Assembly (NCBI GenBank): GCA_050298055.1
Contig: JBNKTL010000019.1
Span: 1-64,000, forward strand
DNA length: 64,000 bases
Direction of reading: 5' to 3'
DNA from: Spirochaetota bacterium
GTDB taxonomy: Bacteria > Spirochaetota > UBA4802 > UBA5550
Positions 1 to 10,848 of this stretch are shown one piece after another (position 1 is the stretch's first letter; every line of letters starts with the position of its first letter). The position numbers and the translations under genes were made by a program. Under the pieces are notes generated by a model. It did not search any database, had not been told where the DNA came from, and saw nothing but the letters and a program-made list of their open reading frames with translations.

Positions 1-566
1 TTGCTTCTCTTCTCCCCATGAAAATCTACACTGGGGTTGCCCGGATCACCGTCATCTTTACGGTCTTCTCCGCTGTCTGTTTTTTGAAAGCTTTTCAGAC
101 TGGCCCAGGCCTCAACAAGAGTTCCGTCAACAGTGAAGTGTTCCTCTGATACAAGGTTCTTTTTCTGGGCAACTGCTATAACCTTTTCAAAAAGACGATC
201 TGCTATTTCACCCTCAAGCAGTCTTGCCCGATTTTTTGAAAAAACTGATTCATTCCAAATTTTATCGTCTGCTTTCAGACCTAAAAACCAGCGATAAAGA
301 AAATTAAAATCTATCTGCTCAAGCAAAAGGCGTTCACTCCGTATTCCGTAAAGTATTTGCAAAAATAAGGCTTTCAGCAACATCTCCGGTGGTACACTGG
401 GACGGCCCGTATGTGAATACAGTGCATCGAAATCTTTACTCATCTCCTCTAGCACACTGTCAGTTATTTCCTTTATCTTTCGTAAAGGGTGATTCCGGGG
501 TATCCGTGATTCTATTGGGATATAACTGTAAAGTTCGGTCTGGTTATCTGAATGTTGTCCTCTCAT
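1..566 (-). CDS. IS5-like (DUF772/DDE) transposase, 3' part outside the window; absent from the ORF track
   Basis: Manual translation from ATG at 566: MRGQHSDNQTELYSYIPIESRIPRNHPLRKIK...GRPSVPPEMLLKALFLQILYGIRSERLLLEQIDFNFLYRWFLGL...HFTVDGTLVEAWAS. The HPL, GRPS, SER, YRWF and DGT motifs are typical of IS5/IS1182-type transposases. Confidence 0.92.
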   Translation of the reverse strand, partial: MRGQHSDNQTELYSYIPIESRIPRNHPLRKIKEITDSVLEEMSKDFDALYSHTGRPSVPPEMLLKALFLQILYGIRSERLLLEQIDFNFLYRWFLGLKADDKIWNESVFSKNRARLLEGEIADRLFEKVIAVAQKKNLVSEEHFTVDGTLVEAWASLKSFQKTDSGEDRKDDGDPGNPSVDFHGEKRS

Positions 567-637
567 ATTCCTTTTATTGGTGATATACCCTTAAATTGCA
601 ATTAATTCTTGATACTCATGAGTTTTTCAGGAAACTG
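1..637 (-). mobile_element. IS5-like insertion sequence, left end
   Basis: Transposase plus a terminal-repeat-like end (minus strand CAGTTTCCTGAAAAACTC, 637-620) starting right after the TAG at 640-638. GC is visibly higher than in the neighbouring gene. Confidence 0.75.
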
Positions 638-2683
638 CTAATACAATCTGGGAATTTGGTTCACTCTTTTTAATATTTCAATTCCATCAAGACCAAGAAC
701 ATCAAAATACCATTTTAATCCATTTATTCTTGGTTTGTTTTCTTCTTTTACGATACTCAGTGCTTTTTTTCTTGATAATGCGCCTTCTCTGATTTGATTA
801 CTTCGGAATGTATCGTTTTCTGTAAAACCAGCTACAAGATAATATATATAGTTGTAAAAAGCTGAAGTACCATCACCAATACGCCATGTGCTTGTTGTAT
901 CATCAGCTAATTCCCATTCAAAATCATTCCTCAAAATCGTCATTATATTATCTTCATCCCAATCAATATAATTAAAAAGAAAGATATAATTGTGTGGAAT
1001 ATAGTAAGAGGATAAAAATGCCCTGAAGGTATCGGTTAAAGAGGAATTAATATACATTGAATTAAAAAGAAATTGTTTTCCATAATAATTAAATAACTTA
1101 AGTTTATTCCATATAGATAACTTTAGCTGTCCTTCAGTAGAACCTTCTTTTATACCACAAAAACCAGTTTTAAAATCAGTTTTTTCATAATGATTTCCGG
1201 CACAGAATATCATAAGATCGATATCAGTCTGCTTGCTTAATTTATTTGCAAAATAATAAAATTGTTTATCACCAGCCATAAACAATGGAACCATACCCAG
1301 ATCAGGCTTTTTTAACCATGCATTTATATTTTTTCTGATGTTGATTCTTTTTTGCCTTATATCTGCCGAGATTATTATATGCTCTATCCCAAGTTTATCA
1401 CACATTCTTGAAATATTTCTTCTTGCAAGATCAGTTACCATACCCCAATCATAAGTATACGCGATAGGATTCATTTTCATTTTGTCTTTTAAATAGTATA
1501 ATCCATAACAACTATCACGTCCTCCGCTTACTGATATTAAACAATCCGCTTCGCCATTACCTGATCGGTAACCGCTTAAGTACTCATTCAGTTTTTCCTT
1601 TCCGCATCTTTTAATCTTTTTATGGTTATTACAATAATTGCATACTCCCTTATCATCGAATTCAATAAATGGGAAAGTTTCTGGCAAAATGCATTGTGAA
1701 CATCTTTTGAAATTCAGTTCATGAGGGAAATTGTTAAGTATAGTTTGTTCAAAATTATTATTGAAATTTATATTAATTCTGTTATTAACATCAGAAGTGG
1801 AATCTCTTATTCCCAAATTATATTTTTTTTCGAATGATTGGTCATGAATTTGGTACTTATGTATATCACGTTTACTAATAATATTTTTATTTTCTTTTCC
1901 ATTTATAACAAATTTATGAAAATTAGAATTGTAAATGTCTATTATAAATCCACTATTTGGTTTTACCCAATTAATATCTGTTTCACTTAGAAAATTAAAA
2001 TAGTTCTTTTTTAACAGGCTATACAGGATATATCTTTCTGAAGTAAAGATGAGTAATCCTTTACTCCTATCTTCACAAACATAAAGAGAACCATTATTTG
2101 TTGCAATTACAAGGGCATCATTCTCTTCAAAAAGAGTAGCAATTGTTGTTGCACCTATAATTTTCTGATATGCTTGATTTATCGAATTTATTAGTGAAGG
2201 ATTTTTTGAATAAAAATCCTCAATAAGTGACAGAATTACTTCTGTATCAACCTCATATTTTCTATTGATTTCTTTATTCTTCTCCCACAATTCCTTATCA
2301 TTAACAATGATTCCATTGTGAACACCAACAATACGATCTGTAATAACCGGTTGATTATTGTCATGTATCTCCATACTGCCATTTGTTACAAGCCTCGAAT
2401 GCCCTATTATTGCAATTGGAGAACTAATTAAACCATTGCTGTTTCTTATATTAGAATTAACTGAGTCATTTAAAAAGTGTTTAAAACCTTTTGATCTAAT
2501 CATCACTGATGCAGGGATTGACTTTTTATAAACATTAATTTTACTTCCTGAAGTAATCGCAATACCTGCTGCTTCTTTACCTCTTGATTCAGAAAGAAGA
2601 AAAAGATCATTAATAATTGATATTAATAAGTCATTGGAAATATTAGTTTGCTTATTTACTGTAATTCCAAATATACCACACAT
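638..2683 (-). CDS. Fusion of class II (Ntn) glutamine amidotransferase and N-acetyl-sugar amidotransferase (WbpG-like PP-loop)
   Basis: N-terminal MCGIFG, SRG, GHSR, HNGII. C-terminal CSQC..CNYC and SGGRDS PP-loop. Confidence 0.8.
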   Translation of the reverse strand: MCGIFGITVNKQTNISNDLLISIINDLFLLSESRGKEAAGIAITSGSKINVYKKSIPASVMIRSKGFKHFLNDSVNSNIRNSNGLISSPIAIIGHSRLVTNGSMEIHDNNQPVITDRIVGVHNGIIVNDKELWEKNKEINRKYEVDTEVILSLIEDFYSKNPSLINSINQAYQKIIGATTIATLFEENDALVIATNNGSLYVCEDRSKGLLIFTSERYILYSLLKKNYFNFLSETDINWVKPNSGFIIDIYNSNFHKFVINGKENKNIISKRDIHKYQIHDQSFEKKYNLGIRDSTSDVNNRININFNNNFEQTILNNFPHELNFKRCSQCILPETFPFIEFDDKGVCNYCNNHKKIKRCGKEKLNEYLSGYRSGNGEADCLISVSGGRDSCYGLYYLKDKMKMNPIAYTYDWGMVTDLARRNISRMCDKLGIEHIIISADIRQKRINIRKNINAWLKKPDLGMVPLFMAGDKQFYYFANKLSKQTDIDLMIFCAGNHYEKTDFKTGFCGIKEGSTEGQLKLSIWNKLKLFNYYGKQFLFNSMYINSSLTDTFRAFLSSYYIPHNYIFLFNYIDWDEDNIMTILRNDFEWELADDTTSTWRIGDGTSAFYNYIYYLVAGFTENDTFRSNQIREGALSRKKALSIVKEENKPRINGLKWYFDVLGLDGIEILKRVNQIPRLY

Positions 2684-2713
2684 TATATTAATCCTAGATT
2701 ATAATTTTATATT

Positions 2714-3988
2714 TTAAACGATTATTCCAAGAGCACCTTTTGTAATAATGATGATAAGTGCTACATTTAAGACAAAAGATCCAGAAGTAGCAAAAGCAGC
2801 GCCATTTATTCCAAATACAGGTATAAGTACATAATTAAATATGATATTAAATAACACAAGAATTGTTATCATCATTGTATGGAGACCTGGTTTACCTGCC
2901 TGCAGTAAAATCTGGCTGAAAGGGATATAACCGGAACTGATCAATATACCTATTAATAATATTGAGAATACAGGCCAACTTTTCACAAAACTATTATTTT
3001 CCATTATAATATCCACTGCATATGGGTATATAAAAATTGCAATTATAATTACAGGTAGCATTATTCCATATGTTATTAGCTTTCCTTTAACAATAATCTT
3101 TTTCAGATCCTCATATTTCTTCTCTGCAATTAATTTTACTAGTAAAGGATTATAATTCGTCCTCAACACAATTAGAAGCTGAAACAATCCTTCTGCAAGT
3201 ATAGCAGCAAAACTATATACTCCAACAATTTTATCACTTAAAAAATATCCAAGCATAAGAACATCAATCCGGGAATTCAATTCCATCAAAACACCACTAA
3301 AAAAACTCTTAAATCCAAAATCAAAATGCTTCTTTATCCAGTTAAATACACCTGAAGTTTCAGATATGATAATATCATTTCTTAGTATAATTATCAGAAT
3401 AAAAAATAGTATTACTTCACCACTACTTAGAACCACAACCAGTTTTTCTCCAGAAAATGATAAAATAATACAAAAGATTAGACTGGTTATTATTAATATA
3501 TATCTTAAACCTTGGAAAACAGCAAATATTTTCATCCGTCTCAAACCGTTCAAGATAGATAGCAGTACTTTATTTATTGCAAAGAAAAAAAGACCCGGAG
3601 ATGCCCAGACGATTCCAGTTGTGACACCCTTGCTATTTAGTAAGCTTCCAATTACCGATTTTGAAAAAAAGAAAATACTAGAAAATAGTAAAGACAGAAA
3701 GAAAGTTAGCAATAACGACGCAATTATTATTCTAGAAATTGTTTTCTTATCATTACTGAATTCGGCAACATGCTTGAGAGTTGATAAGTGTATACCACCA
3801 ACTGCAAATTGTGAAATGAAAATATATGCTGCATAAACCTGATTAAAAATACCGAGAGTCTCGGCATCATAGTAAATACCAATCATGATATTAAGGATAA
3901 TACCACTGACACCCATAATACCGAAACTGACAATATTCCATAAAATATCTGTCTGGAATTTTCCCAAACTCTTATTTATCCTGATCAT
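2714..3988 (-). CDS. Wzx/MOP-family flippase
   Basis: About 12 hydrophobic segments, with RIDVLMLG..VGVYS and LIPVFGINGAAFAT motifs. Confidence 0.85.
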   Translation of the reverse strand: MIRINKSLGKFQTDILWNIVSFGIMGVSGIILNIMIGIYYDAETLGIFNQVYAAYIFISQFAVGGIHLSTLKHVAEFSNDKKTISRIIIASLLLTFFLSLLFSSIFFFSKSVIGSLLNSKGVTTGIVWASPGLFFFAINKVLLSILNGLRRMKIFAVFQGLRYILIITSLIFCIILSFSGEKLVVVLSSGEVILFFILIIILRNDIIISETSGVFNWIKKHFDFGFKSFFSGVLMELNSRIDVLMLGYFLSDKIVGVYSFAAILAEGLFQLLIVLRTNYNPLLVKLIAEKKYEDLKKIIVKGKLITYGIMLPVIIIAIFIYPYAVDIIMENNSFVKSWPVFSILLIGILISSGYIPFSQILLQAGKPGLHTMMITILVLFNIIFNYVLIPVFGINGAAFATSGSFVLNVALIIIITKGALGIIV

Positions 3989-4002
3989 TGTATATAAAAA
4001 TA

Positions 4003-4608
4003 TTATTTTCGATATTTAATGACTTTTGCCGGATTCCCAGCTACAATAGTGAAACTATCAATATTCTTTGAAACAATTGAACCAGCTCCGATTACAGCAC
4101 CTTCTCCAATTTTAACATTTGGCAATATTGTAACATTCGCACCAATCCATACATCATTCTCAATAATAATCGAACCTGTTGTATATCCTTGATGTTTTAT
4201 TTTAATATCTTTTTTAATATAATTATGATTAGTTGTAAAGAAAGAGACATTGGGGCCAATTCTTACCCATTTCCCAATTTTAACTTCACCAGTTGCTTCA
4301 ATAAAACATCTGTAACCAATACCTGCATTATCATCAATTGAAATATTTGAAGGTTCAATAAATTTAACATTCTCAAGAATAGTAACATTTTTACCCATTT
4401 TCTTAAATATTATTTTATAATAGATAAATCTAAATAGGAGCCCAGCAATGCCAGGTATTGAATTAATGATGAAAGATATATAATCCAGGAAAAAGTAATT
4501 TAAAACCAGTTTCCAAATTGGTTGTTTTACATTTAACTTTCTATGGTAGTAAAAGATGAATACAATAGTTATAATTATAATTAAAACAAACAGGATTATA
4601 TAAATCAT
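4003..4608 (-). CDS. Hexapeptide-repeat (LbH) acyltransferase with an N-terminal membrane anchor
   Basis: IENDVWIGANVTILPNVKIGEGAVIGAGSIV..GNPAK; hydrophobic N-terminus. Confidence 0.9.
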   Translation of the reverse strand: MIYIILFVLIIIITIVFIFYYHRKLNVKQPIWKLVLNYFFLDYISFIINSIPGIAGLLFRFIYYKIIFKKMGKNVTILENVKFIEPSNISIDDNAGIGYRCFIEATGEVKIGKWVRIGPNVSFFTTNHNYIKKDIKIKHQGYTTGSIIIENDVWIGANVTILPNVKIGEGAVIGAGSIVSKNIDSFTIVAGNPAKVIKYRK

Positions 4609-4611
4609 ATA

Positions 4612-5559
4612 TTATCTTCCATCTTTATTATAATCCATATCCATCCAAATTGCGAAAAGGATTGATTGAAATGTTATTAAAAAAGTAAAGATAAGTATTG
4701 TTAGTGTAGTCTTGGGTAATTCATCTTGTGAATAATATAAAACAAAGAACCTGATTGTAAATGGGATCAAAATAAACAGAAAATTAAAAAAAGAAAAAAT
4801 ATAGAAAAGAATAAGAGGATGAAAATCGAGAATAACATATCTTTTCCATAATCTTTTAATAAAAAGTTTAAATAAAATCCAACTGGTCTTAGGTATATAT
4901 TTCCATAATTTAATTTTGCTTTTTTCTTTTCCATATACAGGTCTTATCTCAACATCAGCAACCCTATATTTTAATATATTAAGCATACAGAGAATATCAG
5001 CATTATATCCATAACCTTTAGTCATTTTATCTATGGGAATTCGTTTCAGTGCATCATTTTTGATTGCTGTATAACCCGACTGAGGATCCATCAAGTTGTA
5101 ATATCCTGTAGCGAACTTGGTTAAAATGGTCAGTACTGAGTTACCAATATACCTGTATGTTGGCATTAAGCCAATAACATCACGGTGAAGTAATCTATTT
5201 CCTTTTACATAGTCATAGTTCTCTACAATTAATTTGTCCAGCAGTGCTGGCAAGTCATCCGGATGCATCTGGTTGTCACCAGCCATAACTGCTGTTATGT
5301 CTACATCTCTTTTTTTGCTTTCAATATATCCATCAATTAATGATTGTCCCAATCCTTTATTCTTTTCATGATTAATAATAACAATTCTCTTATCTATATT
5401 TTTTTGTTTTTTAATTAATACTAAAGTCCTATCCGTACTTGCATCATTTATGACAAATATTTTATCAATGAGTTTTGGCATTCCACTAAGTGTATCAAGT
5501 ATGAGCTCTTCTTCATTAAAAGCAGGGACAATTACTCCAATTCTATTTTTTTTATACAC
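4612..5559 (-). CDS. GT2 glycosyltransferase, polyprenol-phosphate glycosyltransferase (DPM/GtrB/ArnC)-like
   Basis: VPAFNEE, NDASTD, MAGDNQM, DPQSGY, and two C-terminal TM helices. Confidence 0.85.
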   Translation of the reverse strand: MYKKNRIGVIVPAFNEEELILDTLSGMPKLIDKIFVINDASTDRTLVLIKKQKNIDKRIVIINHEKNKGLGQSLIDGYIESKKRDVDITAVMAGDNQMHPDDLPALLDKLIVENYDYVKGNRLLHRDVIGLMPTYRYIGNSVLTILTKFATGYYNLMDPQSGYTAIKNDALKRIPIDKMTKGYGYNADILCMLNILKYRVADVEIRPVYGKEKSKIKLWKYIPKTSWILFKLFIKRLWKRYVILDFHPLILFYIFSFFNFLFILIPFTIRFFVLYYSQDELPKTTLTILIFTFLITFQSILFAIWMDMDYNKDGR

Positions 5560-6526
5560 TGACTTCTCCTTTTTTAATGAAATAATCCTTTGCCCATTCG
5601 ATAGTTTTTATTAAACCCTTTTTAAAATCGGTAATAAATTCAATATTTAGTGCTTTAATTATTTTTGTGTTATCAATATCAAATACCTTAATATCACCTG
5701 GAGTCCAATCCTCATATCTGATTTCATTATTTTCTATGTTGAGAATCTCTGCAACCATATCTGCTAATTGCTTTATAGTAACTTTTATTCCAGATGCGCA
5801 ATTGTAAACTTCACCATTAGATTCCGGATCTATTGCACTCATGATGTTAGCTTTTACAACATCTTTCACAAAAGTAAATGACCTTTGTTGTGTACCATCT
5901 CCAAAAATTGTAACTGGTTTCCCATTCATCATCTTTCTTGTAAATATTGAGACAACTCCTCCAACATCGCTCGATTCCTGTCTTGGTCCATACACATGAA
6001 AATATCTTAAAACAGTTGTATCTAATCCATATAAATGATTAAAAACTTTTACATACTTTTCTCCAGCAAGTTTACTGATCCCATAATAAGATGTTGGATT
6101 TAACGGATGATTTTCATCCTGAGGGAAATACTGTGCTTCACCGTAAACAGAACCAGTAGATGCATGAACAAATTTCTTAACACCATGCTTTAAAGATAAT
6201 TCTAGAAGATTAAACGCCCCTTTAGCATTTATATCCAAGTCTCTTCTGGGATCTTTTAAACAGATTGTTTTTTTTGATGCAGCTTGATGAAATACAATAT
6301 CAACACCATTAAAATACTTTTCTAAACCATTATAATCTGTAATATCACATTTGATTTCATGGAGATTATCATATGATTTTAAGTGTGACAAATTTTCTTC
6401 TTTTCCGGCAAAGTAGTCATCTATACTAACAGTTTCAACACCCATTTTAACAAGCTCCTCAACTAAATGACTGCCAATAAAACCAGCACCACCTGTAACA
6501 ATGGCTTTTTTATAGGGAAAATTCAT
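5552..6526 (-). CDS. NAD-dependent nucleotide-sugar epimerase/dehydratase (extended SDR)
   Basis: TGGAGFIG, YGISK (YxxxK), YGPRQ. Confidence 0.92.
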   Translation of the reverse strand: MNFPYKKAIVTGGAGFIGSHLVEELVKMGVETVSIDDYFAGKEENLSHLKSYDNLHEIKCDITDYNGLEKYFNGVDIVFHQAASKKTICLKDPRRDLDINAKGAFNLLELSLKHGVKKFVHASTGSVYGEAQYFPQDENHPLNPTSYYGISKLAGEKYVKVFNHLYGLDTTVLRYFHVYGPRQESSDVGGVVSIFTRKMMNGKPVTIFGDGTQQRSFTFVKDVVKANIMSAIDPESNGEVYNCASGIKVTIKQLADMVAEILNIENNEIRYEDWTPGDIKVFDIDNTKIIKALNIEFITDFKKGLIKTIEWAKDYFIKKGEVSV

Positions 6527-6552
6527 AAATTATTCCTCTTTCATTATATTAA

Positions 6553-8247
6553 TTAAATAATTTTTATTAAATAATAAATATTATTATACCAGGATATTCT
6601 ATTAATTATCAAATATTCAGAGTAATATTTTTTTATTGTGCTTAATTCATTTGTAAGTAAATACTTATGTTCTAATTTTTTTAATTCATTTTCAGTTTTA
6701 ATATATTTAATACTTGATTCAACATTTTTTCTGGTTTTAGCTAAAGCATCATAATCATTACTAATTGGATATTTTTTATTGAAAAAAACCCAGTAAAGCC
6801 ATATAATCCTTTCACTTTTGCTAATTTTATTCCAATCTGATATATAAACACTAAATTTCATTTCAGAGACTTCATTGAAAAGCGGAGCATTTTTATAAAA
6901 AAAAGATAAATGTTTTTTATTAGTAATTGCACTATAATATGCAATTGCGCTATTTGTTAATGAGCTCCAAAATGATATAACTAATATTAACAGAATAACT
7001 ATATATTGAGATTTTGAAAATTCAATATATGATAATGCAATAACAATAAAAACAGGCAAGAGAATTGGCATCCATTTGATTAAGATTGAAACATTTGAAG
7101 ATGAATATAATTTATTAATAAAAGTTGGATAATTAATACCTATTACAAATCCCATTATCATTAAAACTATAACGGCAAAATAATATACAATATCAAAATT
7201 GAATGATATTCCAAATTTTTGTTTTAATTGATTATCAAAATCATTATTCCGAATTAATTTAGACAAATATAATGATAATCCAATTGAAAAGAAAATAAAT
7301 GATGTATATATATATAAAGGAATGGGATTTCCGCCTCTATAACTAAAAGTATAAATAAAAAAAATAATTCCGACATACCCCCATCCAAATTGATAAAATT
7401 TCTTAACAACCTTATCGCGATATACACCAATTAAAATGAAGAGAGAAATAAAAACAGGAAAGAACTTTGTATCAAGAAGAACAGGTAAATACGATACGGC
7501 ATTATTACCTCTGGATGTCAAATTTGCATGAATACTACTTTTAAAAAACCTAAATGCAGCATGATATAGAGATTGATAATTATATACTAAAATATAAAGC
7601 AAAAAAATAAATAATGTTCCAATAATTAAACCAAGAATAAATTTCTTAATATCTTTAATTCTCTTTAAAACAATTAAATCAAATAGAAGCAATATAATAA
7701 CGACAATACCGGTTACTTTACTAAACAGAGCAAATGCGGAAAAAAATCCTGCAAGAAAAACATTATCAAAAAACCTATTGTTGGTGCTGTTATAAAAATA
7801 AAACATATAGAAAGAAATTAATGAATATAAGGCTAGCGTTTGATTCGGATATATACTTGAAGAATATATCAGAAAATAATTCGAGGTAATAAGGAACACA
7901 GCACAAAAAACAGCACTAATAAAACCTCCTAGTTTATATGAAATATATATACTAAATGACAATAATAATGTGCTTACAAATACAATATAAACAATCCCAC
8001 CAATATATATTTTATTAAAGAAAATTGTAAAAAAACCAAGCCCTATTCCTAAAGTCAACCTGTCAAACCACATCCACCATCCCCAACTGGTTCCAAATGC
8101 AGAAGGTGTCAAATATTGTAATGCATCACTTGGTCCAGGTAGTTTTAAAAAATAAAACTTTATCATAAAAAGATAAAAAAGGACAAAACTTACCAGTATT
8201 AATATCTTTAAATAATATATTTTATTATTATTTATATTTTTTTGCAT
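6553..8247 (-). CDS. Polytopic membrane protein, GT-C (ArnT/PMT)-like glycosyltransferase candidate
   Basis: Many TM helices, an acidic motif PSDALQY after TM1, FALFSKVTG, and a soluble C-terminal domain. Confidence 0.5.
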   Translation of the reverse strand: MQKNINNNKIYYLKILILVSFVLFYLFMIKFYFLKLPGPSDALQYLTPSAFGTSWGWWMWFDRLTLGIGLGFFTIFFNKIYIGGIVYIVFVSTLLLSFSIYISYKLGGFISAVFCAVFLITSNYFLIYSSSIYPNQTLALYSLISFYMFYFYNSTNNRFFDNVFLAGFFSAFALFSKVTGIVVIILLLFDLIVLKRIKDIKKFILGLIIGTLFIFLLYILVYNYQSLYHAAFRFFKSSIHANLTSRGNNAVSYLPVLLDTKFFPVFISLFILIGVYRDKVVKKFYQFGWGYVGIIFFIYTFSYRGGNPIPLYIYTSFIFFSIGLSLYLSKLIRNNDFDNQLKQKFGISFNFDIVYYFAVIVLMIMGFVIGINYPTFINKLYSSSNVSILIKWMPILLPVFIVIALSYIEFSKSQYIVILLILVISFWSSLTNSAIAYYSAITNKKHLSFFYKNAPLFNEVSEMKFSVYISDWNKISKSERIIWLYWVFFNKKYPISNDYDALAKTRKNVESSIKYIKTENELKKLEHKYLLTNELSTIKKYYSEYLIINRISWYNNIYYLIKII

Positions 8248-8818
8248 AATAATATTTTTAATCTTTTATTCTAAAATAGATTTTTCAATTTTTGGGTTAT
8301 AACCAAAAATATATTTTTTCATCAAATTATTAAAAAAAATAATTAATCATACTTAATTTGGACTTGACCCTACTACAGTTTTCGATTTCTTATAGGTCTA
8401 TTTTTTCCTTAACTAATTTATAATGGTACTGTTTTCCCGTCATTCTTTTTAATCTTTTTTTGTGACTTTTCAAAATTATGTTCCTTCCACTAATTATATA
8501 TGATATCCCAGTCCAAATTTATTTTTAAAATAATGAACATTCAGGTATTCATTTCAAAAAGCCCCATTAATACTTTCCATATGGTAATTTTTTCCGCTAA
8601 GAATAATATTCAGATTAACAAATGAAAACCGGAAAGTGAAGTAAATGAAATAACAGGAGGGGAGTCACTTTGAATGTCAGATAACACTATTCGAACCATA
8701 GTTAGCAATTAGATACTTTATCTTATCAATTCATTGTTTTCTTATACCTTCTTCAATCTTCTTGCTGTTCAAAAACAGAAAGGAAAATATAGTAATATTA
8801 ATACAGTTAGACTTTTGA

Positions 8819-9052
8819 AACTTTTATCCAGGCAACAGATACATTGTTGAAGGCCACTTAAAGATGCCATTTGTCCACTGGGAAAGATTGGAAAATAAAA
8901 GTAATACTGAAAAAACAGATGAGTATTACCAGTATAATATAAATAGTACTTATTATAGAAGTATATCCAAAATTAAAAAAATACTTACAAATGCAGGTTT
9001 TAAAGTGAATTTTGATACAATAAACCCTCCTCTTGTAAAAATCATTTCATAA
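8819..9052 (+). pseudogene. Probable remnant of a class I SAM methyltransferase
   Basis: In-frame NFYPGNRYIVEGHLKMPFVHW...YYRSISKIKKILTNAGFKV resembles the ExHxxxPFxHW C-terminal region of glycan-locus methyltransferases. No N-terminal half; it lies in a 1.1 kb gap with no full-length gene. Confidence 0.4.
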
Positions 9053-9347
9053 TTGGAAAATTAATTAATCAAATATTATTACGATTTATTAGTCAGGAAT
9101 TGCTTTTAACAAAAATGAATAATACACATATTATTGATAAAGAATGAAATGATTCTTTCTCTTTACTTAAAATCTTGTTAACAGTACTGCTCGATATCAG
9201 AGTTCCTATGTTTTTCAAAATTTCATGAATTTCTGGTTATATTATATTGAGTTCATAATTTTAAAAAGTTACCGAAGAAGTTTTCTATATTACTGCACCG
9301 GTATTTGATGCTAAATGATTCAAAATATTTTGTAAAGACATTTGCCT

Positions 9348-10748
9348 CTATTCTTGTAATAATTTCCTATGTGATTTTATTATGAAATAAATAATAAAAA
9401 ATATCAATATAAACGAAATAAACATTTTATAAATAACTGCAATAATATATAACCTAAATACAATTAATGTAATAAAAGTTAATAAAACAATAAAGAAATA
9501 TAATAGTCTTGAAAAACCGATATAATACATTTTTTCAGAAAAATACCAGTTAATAATATTCAAAATTAAATTTCCAATTACCAAAGATATTGGTACAGCA
9601 ATAAGACCATGTATAGGTAATAAAATCAATAGACATATAATATGTATACCAACACTAATAAAAAAAGATACTGTGTTATATATTGTTTTTTTTCTAATCC
9701 GTGGTCCTAAGCAAATAACCTGGTTAATCATCCTCATTCCAAATGCGAATAAAATAATTCCAATTAGCCTAGAAGCCTGTAAATAGTCCTTGCTTGTAAA
9801 AATGTTTAGAAGTTCTTTTGAAAATAATGAAAAAATAATAACAACTGAAAATGTTATTATCATTAATGTTTTTGCAATTATTTTATATAATTCAATATGA
9901 TTTTCCTTATTAAATTGTTCCCACATAAACGGACCCCAGGCCATTCGGAAAGCATTTTCAAAAAGAGTAAAGATTGATGCAATTTTAAATGCTACTGAAT
10001 AGATACCTATTTCATACAGAGAAAGATATCCAAGCATTATAAGCCTACTGGCATAAGAGTTAATCCAGGAACCACCGGTAGAAGGTACTAGCGGCAGTGA
10101 GTATTTTAGCATTAATTGTAATTTTTTAAAATCAAAATTACAATTAATATTTTTTCTTAAATACAACAATATTATAACATTTGTACAAATGAACCCGGCA
10201 ATTCTTCCATAAAATGCTCCTATAATTCCAATCTCAAATACTACAACAAATAATATTGAAAAACTAAGAACACCTATTAGTTGGACAATCATGAATAATG
10301 AAAACTGAATAGGCTTTTTCATAAAACGCATAATAATTGAAAAGAACATATAGAAGTTAGAAAGAGGAATAATAAATGATGATGCAATAATGACTTTTTT
10401 ATATTTAATATCATTCAACAAGAATGTTGAGATAATACCTGAAAACAGGATAATAACAATCATCCAAAAAATTGAAAAGAAAGCTATAGTCCAGAACGCT
10501 GTTGAAATATAGAATTTTCTTTCCTCCTCATTATCTGCTTCATAAAAATGCCGGGCAACAGCAGATTCAAGTTGAAGCATTCCTAATATACTCATGAACA
10601 TTATTATAGTATTTATAATTTCAATGATTCCATATTCAGATGGGGTAAAAGTTTTAGTATATATAGGGATAAGAAAAAAACCGATTAAACTACTGATACT
10701 ACCAGCAAAACCATATATAACTATTGAATATAATAAATCTTTTATCAT
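9348..10748 (-). CDS. Second Wzx/MOP-family flippase
   Basis: LIPIYTKTFTPSEYG, LKYSLPLVP, EIGIYSVAFKIAS; about 14 TM segments. Confidence 0.88.
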   Translation of the reverse strand: MIKDLLYSIVIYGFAGSISSLIGFFLIPIYTKTFTPSEYGIIEIINTIIMFMSILGMLQLESAVARHFYEADNEEERKFYISTAFWTIAFFSIFWMIVIILFSGIISTFLLNDIKYKKVIIASSFIIPLSNFYMFFSIIMRFMKKPIQFSLFMIVQLIGVLSFSILFVVVFEIGIIGAFYGRIAGFICTNVIILLYLRKNINCNFDFKKLQLMLKYSLPLVPSTGGSWINSYASRLIMLGYLSLYEIGIYSVAFKIASIFTLFENAFRMAWGPFMWEQFNKENHIELYKIIAKTLMIITFSVVIIFSLFSKELLNIFTSKDYLQASRLIGIILFAFGMRMINQVICLGPRIRKKTIYNTVSFFISVGIHIICLLILLPIHGLIAVPISLVIGNLILNIINWYFSEKMYYIGFSRLLYFFIVLLTFITLIVFRLYIIAVIYKMFISFILIFFIIYFIIKSHRKLLQE

Positions 10749-10848
10749 ATATATTCAATCTTTCAAAATATTACAGATAACATTTTATTTTTACTTTGCA
10801 TAATCTGAATTCAAACAATAAATTAAAACCAACTATTACAATATTTAA

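Noticed and set aside
389..583. 64-aa plus-strand ORF
   Set aside because: Antisense shadow of the transposase.
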